64,000 nt of DNA from a virus: positions 1 to 64,000 of the IMG/VR virus record IMGVR_UViG_3300009419_000013. One strand, written 5' to 3'. The position numbers and the translations under genes are program-made. This document shows positions 11,601 to 20,220 of this stretch, piece by piece (the stretch's first letter is position 1; every line of letters begins with the position of its first letter). The notes under the pieces were generated by a model. The model saw only the letters and a program-made list of their open reading frames with translations. It made no database searches and had not been told where the DNA came from.

Positions 11601-11970
11601 CCAAACTGCATATCAGCAAGTTAATTCCGCATTTAACCTTGTTCACGTTAGAGATTTACTAATCAGTGTAGAAAATGATGTACAAGAAATATTAGCAAAT
11701 TATCTATTTGACTTCAATGACGATTCTATCAGACTTGAAATAAAAACATTAGTAGATAACTATCTGGATGGTGTTAGAGCAGGTGGGGGTATTTATGCTT
11801 ATCAGACTGTTATGGATGCTTCTAATAATACACCTGCAATCATTGATATGAATATGGGTATAATTGACATCATAATCGAACCAGCTAGAGGTATACAGAA
11901 ATTCATTAATAGAATCACTGTTACCAGAACTGGCGGAATCGCATCAGGAGGATTTATACAATTTGCATAA
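8617..11970 (+). CDS. Tail sheath protein (gp18-like) with large insertions
   Basis: SGVYTLEFD...VVGFSNKGPFNTP N-terminus; YSPYI...VPPSAYV...INPII...IFGNQT...VHVRDLL...FDFND C-terminus. Confidence 0.92.
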   Translation: MANKVKIDYSQFRASGVYTLEFDASQNVILTSQTIRLVVGFSNKGPFNTPVYIPDVTTMISIFGDVDRSLENKGSFFQRSILTCLNTGPVFALNLLRLNDDEETANPDKVTYQSYSLDTEEYNGEVTSRLYSSYYNKERFWFADPNYFLATLSVADQGKLFNLTNLGKSPMSIITRKSTDSSRPLRGYDIFAIDWYGADNVPSFMHPYDYMADYFIDVIAVFGDWTNYQALSLDPRWSTYFTDNGFIKSRIDSFLSEPDVSIVTSVTGCIIPDFVDLNGVTQYIQVLINNGTPSTGLFCAIDEQAFDDICANGSKIDLVGNHLIDELTGDSDLATPRINFLSYDQVLVADYLYTQNVIGVTGATGFNSATGATVYTTGAKVGTLYTLTGNSGATAGIVQQSFLPYDPNAYDGGLHYLQTSGAYGTTAGYLQNAANVNSLKTFLTVTSSNDEKFILGVVSGYTGGLTGALLNQFAEADLVKLKVTGTRDISGTLRIFWTHPLDTSFYRGQGITVTPTFNLTSYNTGASGSNPSFYTNAYQFGNSDYLDIINVATPSGVTGPGAPAGTSNVLVGYNASPLFQDNKYAEITDGDLAWTSADGTSLRYLGFESTVDKDQFNMVYTRAFSNVSRANETITNIPAFASTYASNNIGLPVGPQNFDIISQEGSINQFVDCTKIDVTTFLVTLDSNSNVPFSVGDLVVSTDLDICEPATGNRQSRLAKITSVAMTTTLGTYRVTSARPVLYYTSGTGVRVQKFKSIAQFTRSFDFSYLSGFTMNESHRPNGSDARISEILDVMYDTNIAKTLAAKDVISFRYIVDTFSGQILPNSKYQLSRLAKLRQQALALINAPSMAQFRASTDPRFTDAPTASNPYPRLNTAYIVDGGNLSLNPSYTFSLPSEDEGAKYAAFYSPYITVRENNRNVEVPPSAYVSNNFLRKFANGEPYAIIAGQKRGVISGGNIVGVEYDFTDEDRGNLEPFGINPIIKRRGIGVVIFGNQTAYQQVNSAFNLVHVRDLLISVENDVQEILANYLFDFNDDSIRLEIKTLVDNYLDGVRAGGGIYAYQTVMDASNNTPAIIDMNMGIIDIIIEPARGIQKFINRITVTRTGGIASGGFIQFA

Positions 11971-12000
11971 TATCCCAACCAAAGATAAATATTAATAACT

Positions 12001-12555
12001 ATGGCAGGATTACCACATTTTCAAAATTCACTTTCAGGAACAAATAGATTTGAACCTGTTTACCTGAATCAATTTGAAGTTACTATAATTCCACCAGCTG
12101 CAGTAGCTGGTGGTGAAATTCTATTGCAGCACGTAACTAAAGTTAGCGGGCTATCATTAGATAAACACCCTGGATTAGCTACTCAGAAATATAAGTTTGC
12201 TAAAAGAAACTATGCTGGTGCTAAACCAGACCAAACGTACCTTGATTTAAGTTTAAGCTTCAATGTCAATCTTAACGATGATAATTCGATGTATGTATTT
12301 AAGACTTTAAGACAATGGTCAGATCTTATTTACAATCCGTTAACTGGAGCTATGGGACTTAAAAATGATTATGTTGGAACGATAGTAGTATCAATTTTCA
12401 ATAAGCAAGGTGACGTTTATAGAAGAATTACATGTAAGGATGCTTTTATAACTAAGCCAATAAGTCCAATGAATCTTAACTATACATCAACCGATCTTTA
12501 TAAAATAGATGATCTTCAATGGGCGGTTGATTACTGGGAAGATTTATTCCTATAA
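12001..12555 (+). CDS. Tail tube protein (gp19-like), copy 1
   Basis: Follows sheath; NQFEV, RQWSDLIYNPLTG, DYWE motifs; GATAAATA promoter variant at 11984-11991. Confidence 0.85.
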   Translation: MAGLPHFQNSLSGTNRFEPVYLNQFEVTIIPPAAVAGGEILLQHVTKVSGLSLDKHPGLATQKYKFAKRNYAGAKPDQTYLDLSLSFNVNLNDDNSMYVFKTLRQWSDLIYNPLTGAMGLKNDYVGTIVVSIFNKQGDVYRRITCKDAFITKPISPMNLNYTSTDLYKIDDLQWAVDYWEDLFL

Positions 12556-12571
12556 AAATTAAAAAATATAA

Positions 12572-13147
12572 ATGGCAGGATTACCACATTTTACGAACTC
12601 TAGAGCAGCGATAAACAATTTCGAACCTGTTTATCTTAACCAGTTTGAGGTTATCATTAACCCACCTGCTGGTATAGTCGATGCGTCAACGACATTCAAC
12701 GGTGAAGGTATATTAGCGCAGCAAGTTAAATCTATCACAGGATTGGCTGTTGATATAACTGCTAATGACCCAATACAGCAAAATTATAAATTTGCTACTA
12801 GAAGATATGCTGGTGGTGAACCATCAACAACAGATATGACCCTATCGATGGAATTTGAGGTCAATCTGAATGATGCCAATTCAATGACTGTCTATAAAAT
12901 ACTTAGACAATGGTCAGATTTAATCTATAATCCATTAACTGGAGCGATGGGTCTTAAATCGGATTATGTTGGATCCATGAGTATATCAATATTCAATAAG
13001 AGAGGTGACGTATTCAGAAGAATTAGAATACCATCTTGCTTTTTAAGTGAAGCAATAAATCCGATGGAGCTTGATTATGAAACTCCAGCAATATACACAA
13101 TTAATGCTAGCTGGATATGTGATTACTGGGAAGATTTATTCTTATAA
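12572..13147 (+). CDS. Tail tube protein (gp19-like), copy 2
   Basis: Paralog of 12001..12555 with identical termini MAGLPHF and DYWEDLFL. Confidence 0.85.
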   Translation: MAGLPHFTNSRAAINNFEPVYLNQFEVIINPPAGIVDASTTFNGEGILAQQVKSITGLAVDITANDPIQQNYKFATRRYAGGEPSTTDMTLSMEFEVNLNDANSMTVYKILRQWSDLIYNPLTGAMGLKSDYVGSMSISIFNKRGDVFRRIRIPSCFLSEAINPMELDYETPAIYTINASWICDYWEDLFL

Positions 13148-13170
13148 TATTTTTTTTAATAATATTTTAA

Positions 13171-13199
13171 AAAAAGAGGTCAAATTTTGGCCTCTTTTT
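13171..13199 (+). terminator. Rho-independent terminator
   Basis: AAAAAGAGGTCAA-at-TTTGGCCTCTTTTT hairpin with a G-U pair. Confidence 0.8.
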
Positions 13200-13240
13200 C
13201 TGTGTTTGGTTATATAATGAGTAAAGATAAATTAATTAAT

Positions 13241-14311
13241 ATGGATAACATATCACCAGAACAAATACTGAGAGAAAAAGAATTAGCTAGCGGATTTGTT
13301 TATGACGATCCCGTAGTGGATCAAAATGAGATTACCGAATCAAGTGAATCTATAAATAGAACATTACAACAACCGATTGTTGAGGAATCACCTAAAAAAA
13401 GTGAGCCACCTAAAACCAATAATATTGAAGAACCAATTACTTCCATGGGTAAGGCACAATCGGCTAGTCCAGCATTTGATAGCGGATGGAAGAATGTTCC
13501 AGTTACTATATTACCATCAGGAGGCTTATTCTATCCGGAGGGAACCAGAATAGCTATACGTGCTGCTGAAGTAAGAGAGATAAGACACTTTTCTACCATC
13601 GATGAAGATGATAGATTGGACATAGAGGAAAAGTTAAGCTACGTGCTCGAAAGATGCCTTAGAATGGATTTTCCTGGGGAAGGAGTTGTTAGCTATCTCG
13701 ACATCAAGCAAGAAGATAGATTTTTCCTAATATTGGCGATAAGAGATTTAACATTTGTAAAGGGTGAAAATTCAATAATACTGAAGACCAATAAAAAATG
13801 TAAGGAAACACCGGAGTGTCCATTTAATGATGGTATAGAATTAAGAACGGGTGTACTTGGTTCGTATGATATGGATCCTAAGGTGATGTCTTATTATAAT
13901 ACTGAAACCAGAAGCTTTATTTTTGATGTAAAGAAAATAAATAAGGTAATAGAAATGACCGTTCCTAGTATAGGGGTTTCAAATAAGATCAGTGAATTCG
14001 TGATAAAATCAGGAATAAATGGATCGGATATAGACGAGGGATTTTTAAAAATTGCACCATTCATATTTAAGGAATGGAGGGAACTAACAATTGATTCTAT
14101 CAAGATAAAGATGAGGGAGTCTGATTACTGGACAAAAGAAGAATATAGTTTATATTATGAACTTTCCGATAAAATTAGAATAGGCACTAATTTGGAGGTT
14201 AAACAAAAATGCCCAGTATGCGGTGATGAGGAGGTCACCGCTGATATCAACTTTCCCAGCGGGCTCAGATCTCTTTTCGTTATTTCAGATATCTTTGGAG
14301 AACTTCTTTGA
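13241..14311 (+). CDS. Baseplate hub assembly / tail chaperone protein (T4 gp26-like)
   Basis: LPSGGLFYP, DRFFLILAIR, CxxxxxC and CPVC motifs; sits between tubes and tape measure. Start taken as ATG 13241 because the TTG at 13187 is inside the terminator. Confidence 0.65.
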   Translation: MDNISPEQILREKELASGFVYDDPVVDQNEITESSESINRTLQQPIVEESPKKSEPPKTNNIEEPITSMGKAQSASPAFDSGWKNVPVTILPSGGLFYPEGTRIAIRAAEVREIRHFSTIDEDDRLDIEEKLSYVLERCLRMDFPGEGVVSYLDIKQEDRFFLILAIRDLTFVKGENSIILKTNKKCKETPECPFNDGIELRTGVLGSYDMDPKVMSYYNTETRSFIFDVKKINKVIEMTVPSIGVSNKISEFVIKSGINGSDIDEGFLKIAPFIFKEWRELTIDSIKIKMRESDYWTKEEYSLYYELSDKIRIGTNLEVKQKCPVCGDEEVTADINFPSGLRSLFVISDIFGELL

Positions 14312-14483
14312 TATTAAATTTAGATTATGGAAGGAACATGGATTGGATCCTGAATGGATAGAATCTATACCGTATTATGAATATCAGATATGGATCGACA
14401 AGCTTAATTCCGTTATAGAGTTAGAAAATGCTGAGAATCAAGCAGCCGGAGGTCTTACTCAATTATTTAGCTTTACTAAATAA
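14271..14483 (+). CDS. gp51-like / tail chaperone 'T' segment overlapping the gp26-like 3' end (frameshift product or TTG start at 14295)
   Basis: LENFFDIKFRLWKEHGLDPEWIESIPYYEYQIWIDKL resembles gp51-type small proteins; no ATG with the usual A-rich leader. Confidence 0.55.
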   Translation, partial: LFSLFQISLENFFDIKFRLWKEHGLDPEWIESIPYYEYQIWIDKLNSVIELENAENQAAGGLTQLFSFTK

Positions 14484-14510
14484 GGAATTGAATATATACA
14501 TTAATAAATT

Positions 14511-16073
14511 ATGGCAGACCAGAAACTAATATCGAGCATATTTGATCTCACTAAAAATGTGGATAAACTTTCTGGTGACATCAAAAAGAATGCTGCCAGT
14601 ACATCCGAGTTGGCTGCAGCTCAGGAAAAAAGTGCGGAAAGCACTAAAGATCTAGGTAAAGTAGCTGATAGCATAAAGGGATTAGATCTAAAAAGTTTGA
14701 AGGGTGAATTTTCACAGCTTACCAAAAGTATTGGTGGTCTTGACTTTAAGGGTCTTTCTGGTGATCTTAAAGCACTCGACTTCAAAGGATTATCTAAGGA
14801 TTTAAAATCATTGGACTTTAAGGGATTAACACAAGGAATAAAAGGTCTCGATCTTAAGGGAATTGTTAGTGGTGCTAAAGGATTAGATATTAAAGGGCTT
14901 TCTGGATCATTGGGAGATATTGGATCCCTTAAAGATACAATATCAGGATCACTTGGTGGTTTGCTAAAAGGCGGTAAGGGACTTTTAGGTGCATTCGAGA
15001 AGGGAGGACCAGTCAACAAAACAGGACAATACCTTGTCGGTGAAAAAGGACCGGAAATAGTTAAACTACAGCAAGGATCTGCTGTTATACCCAATAACAT
15101 ATTAAAAGCAAGACAAGATATTTTAAAAAAACTTGGAACTGATGCTCCGAGCGAGAAGGAAATATCGAATAAAAGGAAGGAACTTCTTTCATCAGATCCC
15201 CTATATTATGACGGTGAACCAGGCTGGTTAGAGGAAGATATTAATTCATATCTGGAAGGTCTCCAGGGAAAATCAACATCTGAATTTACACAGGAGGACC
15301 TAAAGAAATTAACCAAACCAGTAGATGCTAAAGCTGAAGCATTAGTAAATCCACTGGAAGCTCAAATTAAGGCTTCGAATAAAGAAAAAAATAAGGAAGA
15401 TAAATCCAAATTGAAAGAAAAAAAGGATGGATTATTTTCTAAAATTTTTGGAAAGAAAGATAAAAACGAAACCGAGGGTGAGGGAAAAAAATCAAAGTTT
15501 TCCGATCTGATATCTAAGGGTGGTGACCTACTAAAAGAAAACAAGGATGCCCTGAAAGGAAAGGCTTCCGAATTAGGATTAAGCGGAATGTCTGATATTC
15601 TTAAATCTAAAGGTGCTCCTGAAGGGATCATGAAATCCATCAAAGGTTTAAATAAGAAATCCGGAGGAGGTGAATCAGGTGGATTATTAAGTTCTGTTAA
15701 GGGATTGGTTAAGAAATCTGGAGATGACGAATCAGGTGGAATTAAGAGCGATATAGTTAAGCTATCTAAGAAGGAGAAAAAAAGTGGTTCGCCTAACGAA
15801 CCAATGCAGACGTCGCCAAATCAGGATACTAATGTTAAAAAAGCTGCAGAGGGAGCAATATCTAATAAAGCATCAGAATCATCCAATGCTGAAACAGTCA
15901 AATCCAAATCGGATTCAGCATCTTCGTCATCCGATGGAGGGGCAGGTCAAGTAACTGGAGCTGACCTAGCTGAAATAAAAATTCTTTTAGCAAAAATGGC
16001 AGCTAGTTTGGAAGGTACTTTGAGTGTTTCCCCATTAGAATCGCCATTTAGACCGGATTCTAGAAAATTCTAA
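14511..16073 (+). CDS. Tape-measure-like protein
   Basis: Amphipathic 12-aa repeats; FEKGGPV...YLVGEKGPEIV...GSAVIPN motif typical of tape-measure C-terminal regions; follows the chaperone pair; AATATATA promoter variant at 14491. Confidence 0.6.
   Translation: MADQKLISSIFDLTKNVDKLSGDIKKNAASTSELAAAQEKSAESTKDLGKVADSIKGLDLKSLKGEFSQLTKSIGGLDFKGLSGDLKALDFKGLSKDLKSLDFKGLTQGIKGLDLKGIVSGAKGLDIKGLSGSLGDIGSLKDTISGSLGGLLKGGKGLLGAFEKGGPVNKTGQYLVGEKGPEIVKLQQGSAVIPNNILKARQDILKKLGTDAPSEKEISNKRKELLSSDPLYYDGEPGWLEEDINSYLEGLQGKSTSEFTQEDLKKLTKPVDAKAEALVNPLEAQIKASNKEKNKEDKSKLKEKKDGLFSKIFGKKDKNETEGEGKKSKFSDLISKGGDLLKENKDALKGKASELGLSGMSDILKSKGAPEGIMKSIKGLNKKSGGGESGGLLSSVKGLVKKSGDDESGGIKSDIVKLSKKEKKSGSPNEPMQTSPNQDTNVKKAAEGAISNKASESSNAETVKSKSDSASSSSDGGAGQVTGADLAEIKILLAKMAASLEGTLSVSPLESPFRPDSRKF
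14739..14918 (+). repeat. Five degenerate 36-bp (12-aa) repeats, LDFKGLSxDLKx
   Basis: LDFKGLSGDLKA/LDFKGLSKDLKS/LDFKGLTQGIKG/LDLKGIVSGAKG/LDIKGLSGSLGD. Confidence 0.85.
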
Positions 16074-16090
16074 AAATAAACATCATTTTT

Positions 16091-16126
16091 ATTTTTTTTA
16101 CTCGATTTAATTTCTTATATTTGTGA
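16091..16126 (+). promoter_or_regulatory. Host-sigma (Bacteroidota-type) early promoter, -7 TATATTTG at 16116-16123
   Basis: Matches TAnnTTTG; near-identical context TTTTTTTACTC...TTTCT(T)ATATTTGTGA recurs at 29586-29620. Confidence 0.7.
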
Positions 16127-16149
16127 GAAATTAAATATCCCATGATACA

Positions 16150-16728
16150 ATGGCTCAAGATGATAGTATAATAAAATTGCCAGTTGGGTATAGCCACAGG
16201 AAGAATCTATCTTTTATAGATTCCGAATTTTTGAATCTTCCTTATTGGAGAATAGAAAAAGACGAGCATGATAGTGAATCGTATCACGTCTATGTAGCTG
16301 AAAATCTTGAATCTATAATAAGTCATAGAAGTGACGAAATATATTTAGAAATGGCTGGGGTCTGGTCAAAAAATTCACACTGTAAAAGAATGCAAGTTGG
16401 TTGTCTAATTGTCAAAAATAAGTCAATTATTTCTGATGGTTATAACGGTTCACCCTCCGGGTTTCCGAATGTGTGTGAATCAGATACAAATGATACCTTG
16501 CCATACGTTTTACATGCCGAGGCAAATGCAATAACAAAGTTAGCCAGGGGAACTCAAAGTTCCAATAATTCAACATTATATGTTACATTATCGCCATGTT
16601 TTGAGTGCTCCAAATTAATAATACAATCTGGAATAAAGCGGGTTTTATTTTCCGAAGTATATAGGAAACCTGAATCGATTGCTTTTTTAGCAGAGGCCGG
16701 AATAGAAATAATCAAATTGACCAAATAA
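16150..16728 (+). CDS. dCMP deaminase
   Basis: SHCKRMQVGC, GYNGSPSG, HAEANAI, TLSPCFECSK zinc motifs. Confidence 0.93.
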   Translation: MAQDDSIIKLPVGYSHRKNLSFIDSEFLNLPYWRIEKDEHDSESYHVYVAENLESIISHRSDEIYLEMAGVWSKNSHCKRMQVGCLIVKNKSIISDGYNGSPSGFPNVCESDTNDTLPYVLHAEANAITKLARGTQSSNNSTLYVTLSPCFECSKLIIQSGIKRVLFSEVYRKPESIAFLAEAGIEIIKLTK

Positions 16729-16732
16729 AAAC

Positions 16733-17365
16733 ATGCAAAAGAAAGAAAAAAACATCCAAAAATTAGCGGAAGATTTCATATTGGCTAGAACTGATTCGGC
16801 GTTTAGCCTTTTATTTGAAAGACTTAGACCTGGAATACTTAATCACTGTTTCCTTATTGTAAAAGAGCAAGAATTAGCACAGGATGCTTTTTTAAACACC
16901 ATGACAAAGATATGGACAAAAATCGAACAGTATAATGGTGAACGTGGGAATTTTTCTACATGGTGTTATAATATAGCTAGGAACGAATCATTACTTCTGA
17001 TGAAATCTAGGAAAAGATATTATAATCACAGCGACAGCGAACTTGAATTCTTATCTTCTAAAAATACCATAGGTGATCTCGGTGGAATTTATATGATAGA
17101 GGATGATCCGACAAATACATTTTTTAATGACGGGGAAAGCTTGGATGTAATATACGAATCAGTTTTGGATGAGATTAGAGCACTGCCCGAATTATATAGG
17201 GATATAATGATAGATCGAGAGATAAATAATATGAAGTATAAAGATATAGCTGAAAAATACGACATAAAGAAAAGATCTATAGCTACCAGAATAAGAAGAG
17301 CTAGATGTAAAATTAGAAAAAGCATAGACGGAAACATTACGCTTATAAGCGGATATAAAAAATAA
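16733..17365 (+). CDS. ECF-type sigma-70 family RNA polymerase sigma factor
   Basis: Region 2 AQDAFLNTMTKIW...FSTWCYNIARN; region 4 LPELYR...MKYKDIAEKY...IATRIRRAR. Confidence 0.9.
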   Translation: MQKKEKNIQKLAEDFILARTDSAFSLLFERLRPGILNHCFLIVKEQELAQDAFLNTMTKIWTKIEQYNGERGNFSTWCYNIARNESLLLMKSRKRYYNHSDSELEFLSSKNTIGDLGGIYMIEDDPTNTFFNDGESLDVIYESVLDEIRALPELYRDIMIDREINNMKYKDIAEKYDIKKRSIATRIRRARCKIRKSIDGNITLISGYKK

Positions 17366-17372
17366 AGCTTTT

Positions 17373-17807
17373 ATGTTAAAATTAATTAAAGTGATTAAGG
17401 AAATAATTCTATATAGAGAATATTCCAAAATAATTAAGAAGGAATCAAAGAATGCACAGCTTTGGAGCAGAAGAAAATTAAGACTTGATTTTTTTAATAG
17501 AATATACACAGTTATAAATTTACCGCCTGAGGTTTTATATGCCACTGATTTACCTAAGGAATCAAGACCTTCATTCGTTATAAGCGAAACTAAGGATATT
17601 AACGACTATCTCAAAGCTTTAAATCTTGAGGAATTACTTACAATGTGGATCGAACCAGTAAAAGGTACTGATGAGGAGTCATATCTTGTTGTTTATCAAT
17701 TTTTATTTAGATATTTGAGCTGGCTTTGGATAATCAGGTTTTTATTTGAGATAGCTATAGTGGTAACCATAATATATAATTTGAATTGGATAATATCTTT
17801 ATTTTAA
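17373..17807 (+). CDS. Hypothetical protein with a C-terminal transmembrane segment
   Basis: In-operon ORF with hydrophobic C-terminus. Confidence 0.6.
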   Translation: MLKLIKVIKEIILYREYSKIIKKESKNAQLWSRRKLRLDFFNRIYTVINLPPEVLYATDLPKESRPSFVISETKDINDYLKALNLEELLTMWIEPVKGTDEESYLVVYQFLFRYLSWLWIIRFLFEIAIVVTIIYNLNWIISLF

Positions 17808-18614
17808 ATGATTACTGATAAATTCAAAGAGGATCTGGAAAAAAAATTAGAATTTTTTAATGATCCTAAATTTGTATTCAATGAGGATATACATGTTTAT
17901 AGATATGATGGTATAAAGTTCGATTCGGTCACTACATTTTTAAAGAATTTTAAAACCCCTTTTAATAAGGAATATTGGTCAAAAAAGAAAGCTCAGGAAA
18001 GAGGAGTTGATGTATCATTAGTTTTAAATGAATGGCAGAATAAAGCAGATACTGCTAACGATCTAGGTACAAGAGTCCATAAATTCATAGAAGATTTTTG
18101 GAGCGGACTCAATCCGGTTAATCCGAATGATGGCAGCGAATATTCAAAAAGAATCGATAAATTTATGCTAGCATATAATAAGGTTCTTAAATACATGGTT
18201 CCCCTTAAATCTGAGCTTAGAGTTTTTTCTAAAAAATGGAGAATAGCTGGAACCATAGATCAACCATTTCTTTTTTATGATACTAAGAGGGAAAAGATAT
18301 TTCTCATAATAGGGGACTGGAAAACAAATGGAGAATTTAAGGATGATAATCATCCGAAGGGAAGATATCAGAAATTACTAAGACCTTTTACTAATCTATA
18401 TGCAAATCATCATAATGAGTATTCTATACAGATAAGTATGTATAGATTAATACTTGAGGAGGAATTGGGAATAGAAACCGAGAGTGGATTTCTTTGCCAT
18501 ATAGGTCCAGACGAAGCTCCAAAGATATTCCCAGCGAAGGATTTAAGAGAACCTTTAAGAGCTTATCTAAACCAAAATAGAGAAAATAATTTGGATATTT
18601 TTGATCTAAACTAG
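17808..18614 (+). CDS. PD-(D/E)XK exonuclease
   Basis: SVTT, GTRVHKFIE, IAGTID, IGDWKT, QISMY motifs. Confidence 0.85.
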   Translation: MITDKFKEDLEKKLEFFNDPKFVFNEDIHVYRYDGIKFDSVTTFLKNFKTPFNKEYWSKKKAQERGVDVSLVLNEWQNKADTANDLGTRVHKFIEDFWSGLNPVNPNDGSEYSKRIDKFMLAYNKVLKYMVPLKSELRVFSKKWRIAGTIDQPFLFYDTKREKIFLIIGDWKTNGEFKDDNHPKGRYQKLLRPFTNLYANHHNEYSIQISMYRLILEEELGIETESGFLCHIGPDEAPKIFPAKDLREPLRAYLNQNRENNLDIFDLN

Positions 18615-18640
18615 AAACAAATATAGAATAATAACTAAAA
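18614..18640 (+). promoter_or_regulatory. Putative middle (ECF-type) promoter GAAAC-N16-CTAAAA
   Basis: Bipartite motif found 7 times upstream of non-structural genes. Confidence 0.6.
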
Positions 18641-18658
18641 TAATAAAAATATAATATT

Positions 18659-19180
18659 ATGAAGAAGAAAGAATCAGAAGCGATGGAAAATCAATTCCCT
18701 GGTGGATCTACTGAGATTGATTTCAGTAATGATCCCATCATGAGTAGTCTTAACATCGATAACGAATTGGTAAAATCGTTAGAAAATTCAATTTCTGAAA
18801 AAAAGGAAGAAATAAAAAATAAAGTTTATGCTGTTTCTTTCGATGACAAACTTTTTGATGAGTATGATAGATTTATTGCTGATTATGCAGAATGGACTTC
18901 TACGGAGGCATTAGGAATTGTGCAAGTTAACAAAACTATCCAGAAAATTAAAAAAGAGGGTATTAAGGATGGTGTAATTTATTTAGGTGCTTTACCTCTA
19001 GAAGCAAGCCATTATTTTCTTTCCAAATCTAAAGGAACAGGAAAGGAAAGCGCTGAATCATTTATAAGACTTTATAAGCCTTTGGACATGGCATTATCGG
19101 ATGCTAAATCTGATGTAGCGGAGGTTAAAGATTTAGAAAAGCAATTAGCCGCAGCAATGCAGGGTGTTACATTGGGATAA
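18659..19180 (+). CDS. Hypothetical protein
   Basis: ORF with its own promoter motif and terminator. Confidence 0.7.
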   Translation: MKKKESEAMENQFPGGSTEIDFSNDPIMSSLNIDNELVKSLENSISEKKEEIKNKVYAVSFDDKLFDEYDRFIADYAEWTSTEALGIVQVNKTIQKIKKEGIKDGVIYLGALPLEASHYFLSKSKGTGKESAESFIRLYKPLDMALSDAKSDVAEVKDLEKQLAAAMQGVTLG

Positions 19181-19205
19181 TTCTGAATTTATTTATAGGT
19201 TTTCT

Positions 19206-19231
19206 AAAGCTAGCATTTGCTAGCTTTTTTT
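19206..19231 (+). terminator. Rho-independent terminator, followed by late promoter GATATATA at 19237-19244
   Basis: AAAGCTAGCA-tt-TGCTAGCTTTTTTT. Confidence 0.85.
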
Positions 19232-19269
19232 ATGTGGATATATAATGAATAAATTAAAATAAATTAGTT

Positions 19270-19554
19270 ATGTTAGAAAAAATTAAAAACAATGCTTGGT
19301 CGATAAACATGGTTTTACTTTTATTAGTATTACTGAGACAATGCGGGGTTAATAGGGATATTGATAGGCTCGAAAAAAATTCAAAATCTACAAAGGTTGT
19401 AGTTGATTCACTACTTATCATTACCCCCTCAAATACTGAGATGAGGGAGGAAATGAATCAAACGATGTTTAATTTCCTGATATACGAGGATGATTTTGAT
19501 AAAGGAAAAACTTCTCTGTCTGAAATAAAATCGAAGATAAATGAATCAAAATAA
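19270..19554 (+). CDS. Small membrane-anchored or lipoprotein-like protein
   Basis: Hydrophobic stretch VLLLLVLL followed by RQC, then coiled coil. Confidence 0.55.
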   Translation: MLEKIKNNAWSINMVLLLLVLLRQCGVNRDIDRLEKNSKSTKVVVDSLLIITPSNTEMREEMNQTMFNFLIYEDDFDKGKTSLSEIKSKINESK

Positions 19555-20197
19555 GAGAGAATCCACCATAAAGTGGTTTATCATTGGTACTTTTGTTACT
19601 CTATATTTAATAGTTTCAATCATATCAACTATTCACGTTATTGATTTTTTTAGATTATCCAATCCTGATTGGCTAGCTATATCTTTGGCATTAGCATTTG
19701 AAATAGGTGCTGCTGCATCTTTGGCATCCTTAATAGCTCTTGATAAGATGAATAAAACTATAGTTTGGATGCTATTTATTATCCTTACTTTAATGCAAGC
19801 TATGGGTAATACCTATTATGCATATACTAATCTCTCCGATTTTTCCAAATGGAGTGAGCTATTTGGCTTGGTTGAGGAGGAGATAATATACCAGAAAAGA
19901 ATTCTATCATTGATAAGTGGTGCTATACTTCCCTTAGTTTCTTTAGGATTTATAAAATCACTGGTTGATTACATAAGACCAGATTCAGACTCCAAGGAAA
20001 ATTCTAGCCATATTCCTATGGATATCCCTGAATCTGATGATGTACAGATCGATGAGGTGGATGAAATCGTAGAAACCCCTATTGCCGATAGCTCCAATGA
20101 AATAAAATTAAAGTCAATTGACGCTGGAGGAAGTGGGGCGGAATTAAAAGACTTGGTGTACAAGGATGGACATGTAGATCCAACCATTCTTAAATAA
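19541..20197 (+). CDS. Four-TM membrane protein with an acidic C-terminal tail
   Basis: Four hydrophobic segments; overlaps the upstream gene by 14 nt. Confidence 0.65.
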   Translation: MNQNKRESTIKWFIIGTFVTLYLIVSIISTIHVIDFFRLSNPDWLAISLALAFEIGAAASLASLIALDKMNKTIVWMLFIILTLMQAMGNTYYAYTNLSDFSKWSELFGLVEEEIIYQKRILSLISGAILPLVSLGFIKSLVDYIRPDSDSKENSSHIPMDIPESDDVQIDEVDEIVETPIADSSNEIKLKSIDAGGSGAELKDLVYKDGHVDPTILK

Positions 20198-20220
20198 ATA
20201 TATAAAAAAATTATAAAGAT

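Noticed and set aside
13187-13240. ORF-track start of the gp26-like gene at TTG 13187, and the start at 53045 for the minus-strand gene
   Set aside because: These extensions run through terminator or promoter sequence; ATG 13241 and ATG 52961 have more plausible leaders
17808-18614. Cas4-like nuclease as evidence of a CRISPR system
   Set aside because: No Fe-S cysteine cluster, no other cas genes and no array; a common phage PD-(D/E)XK exonuclease
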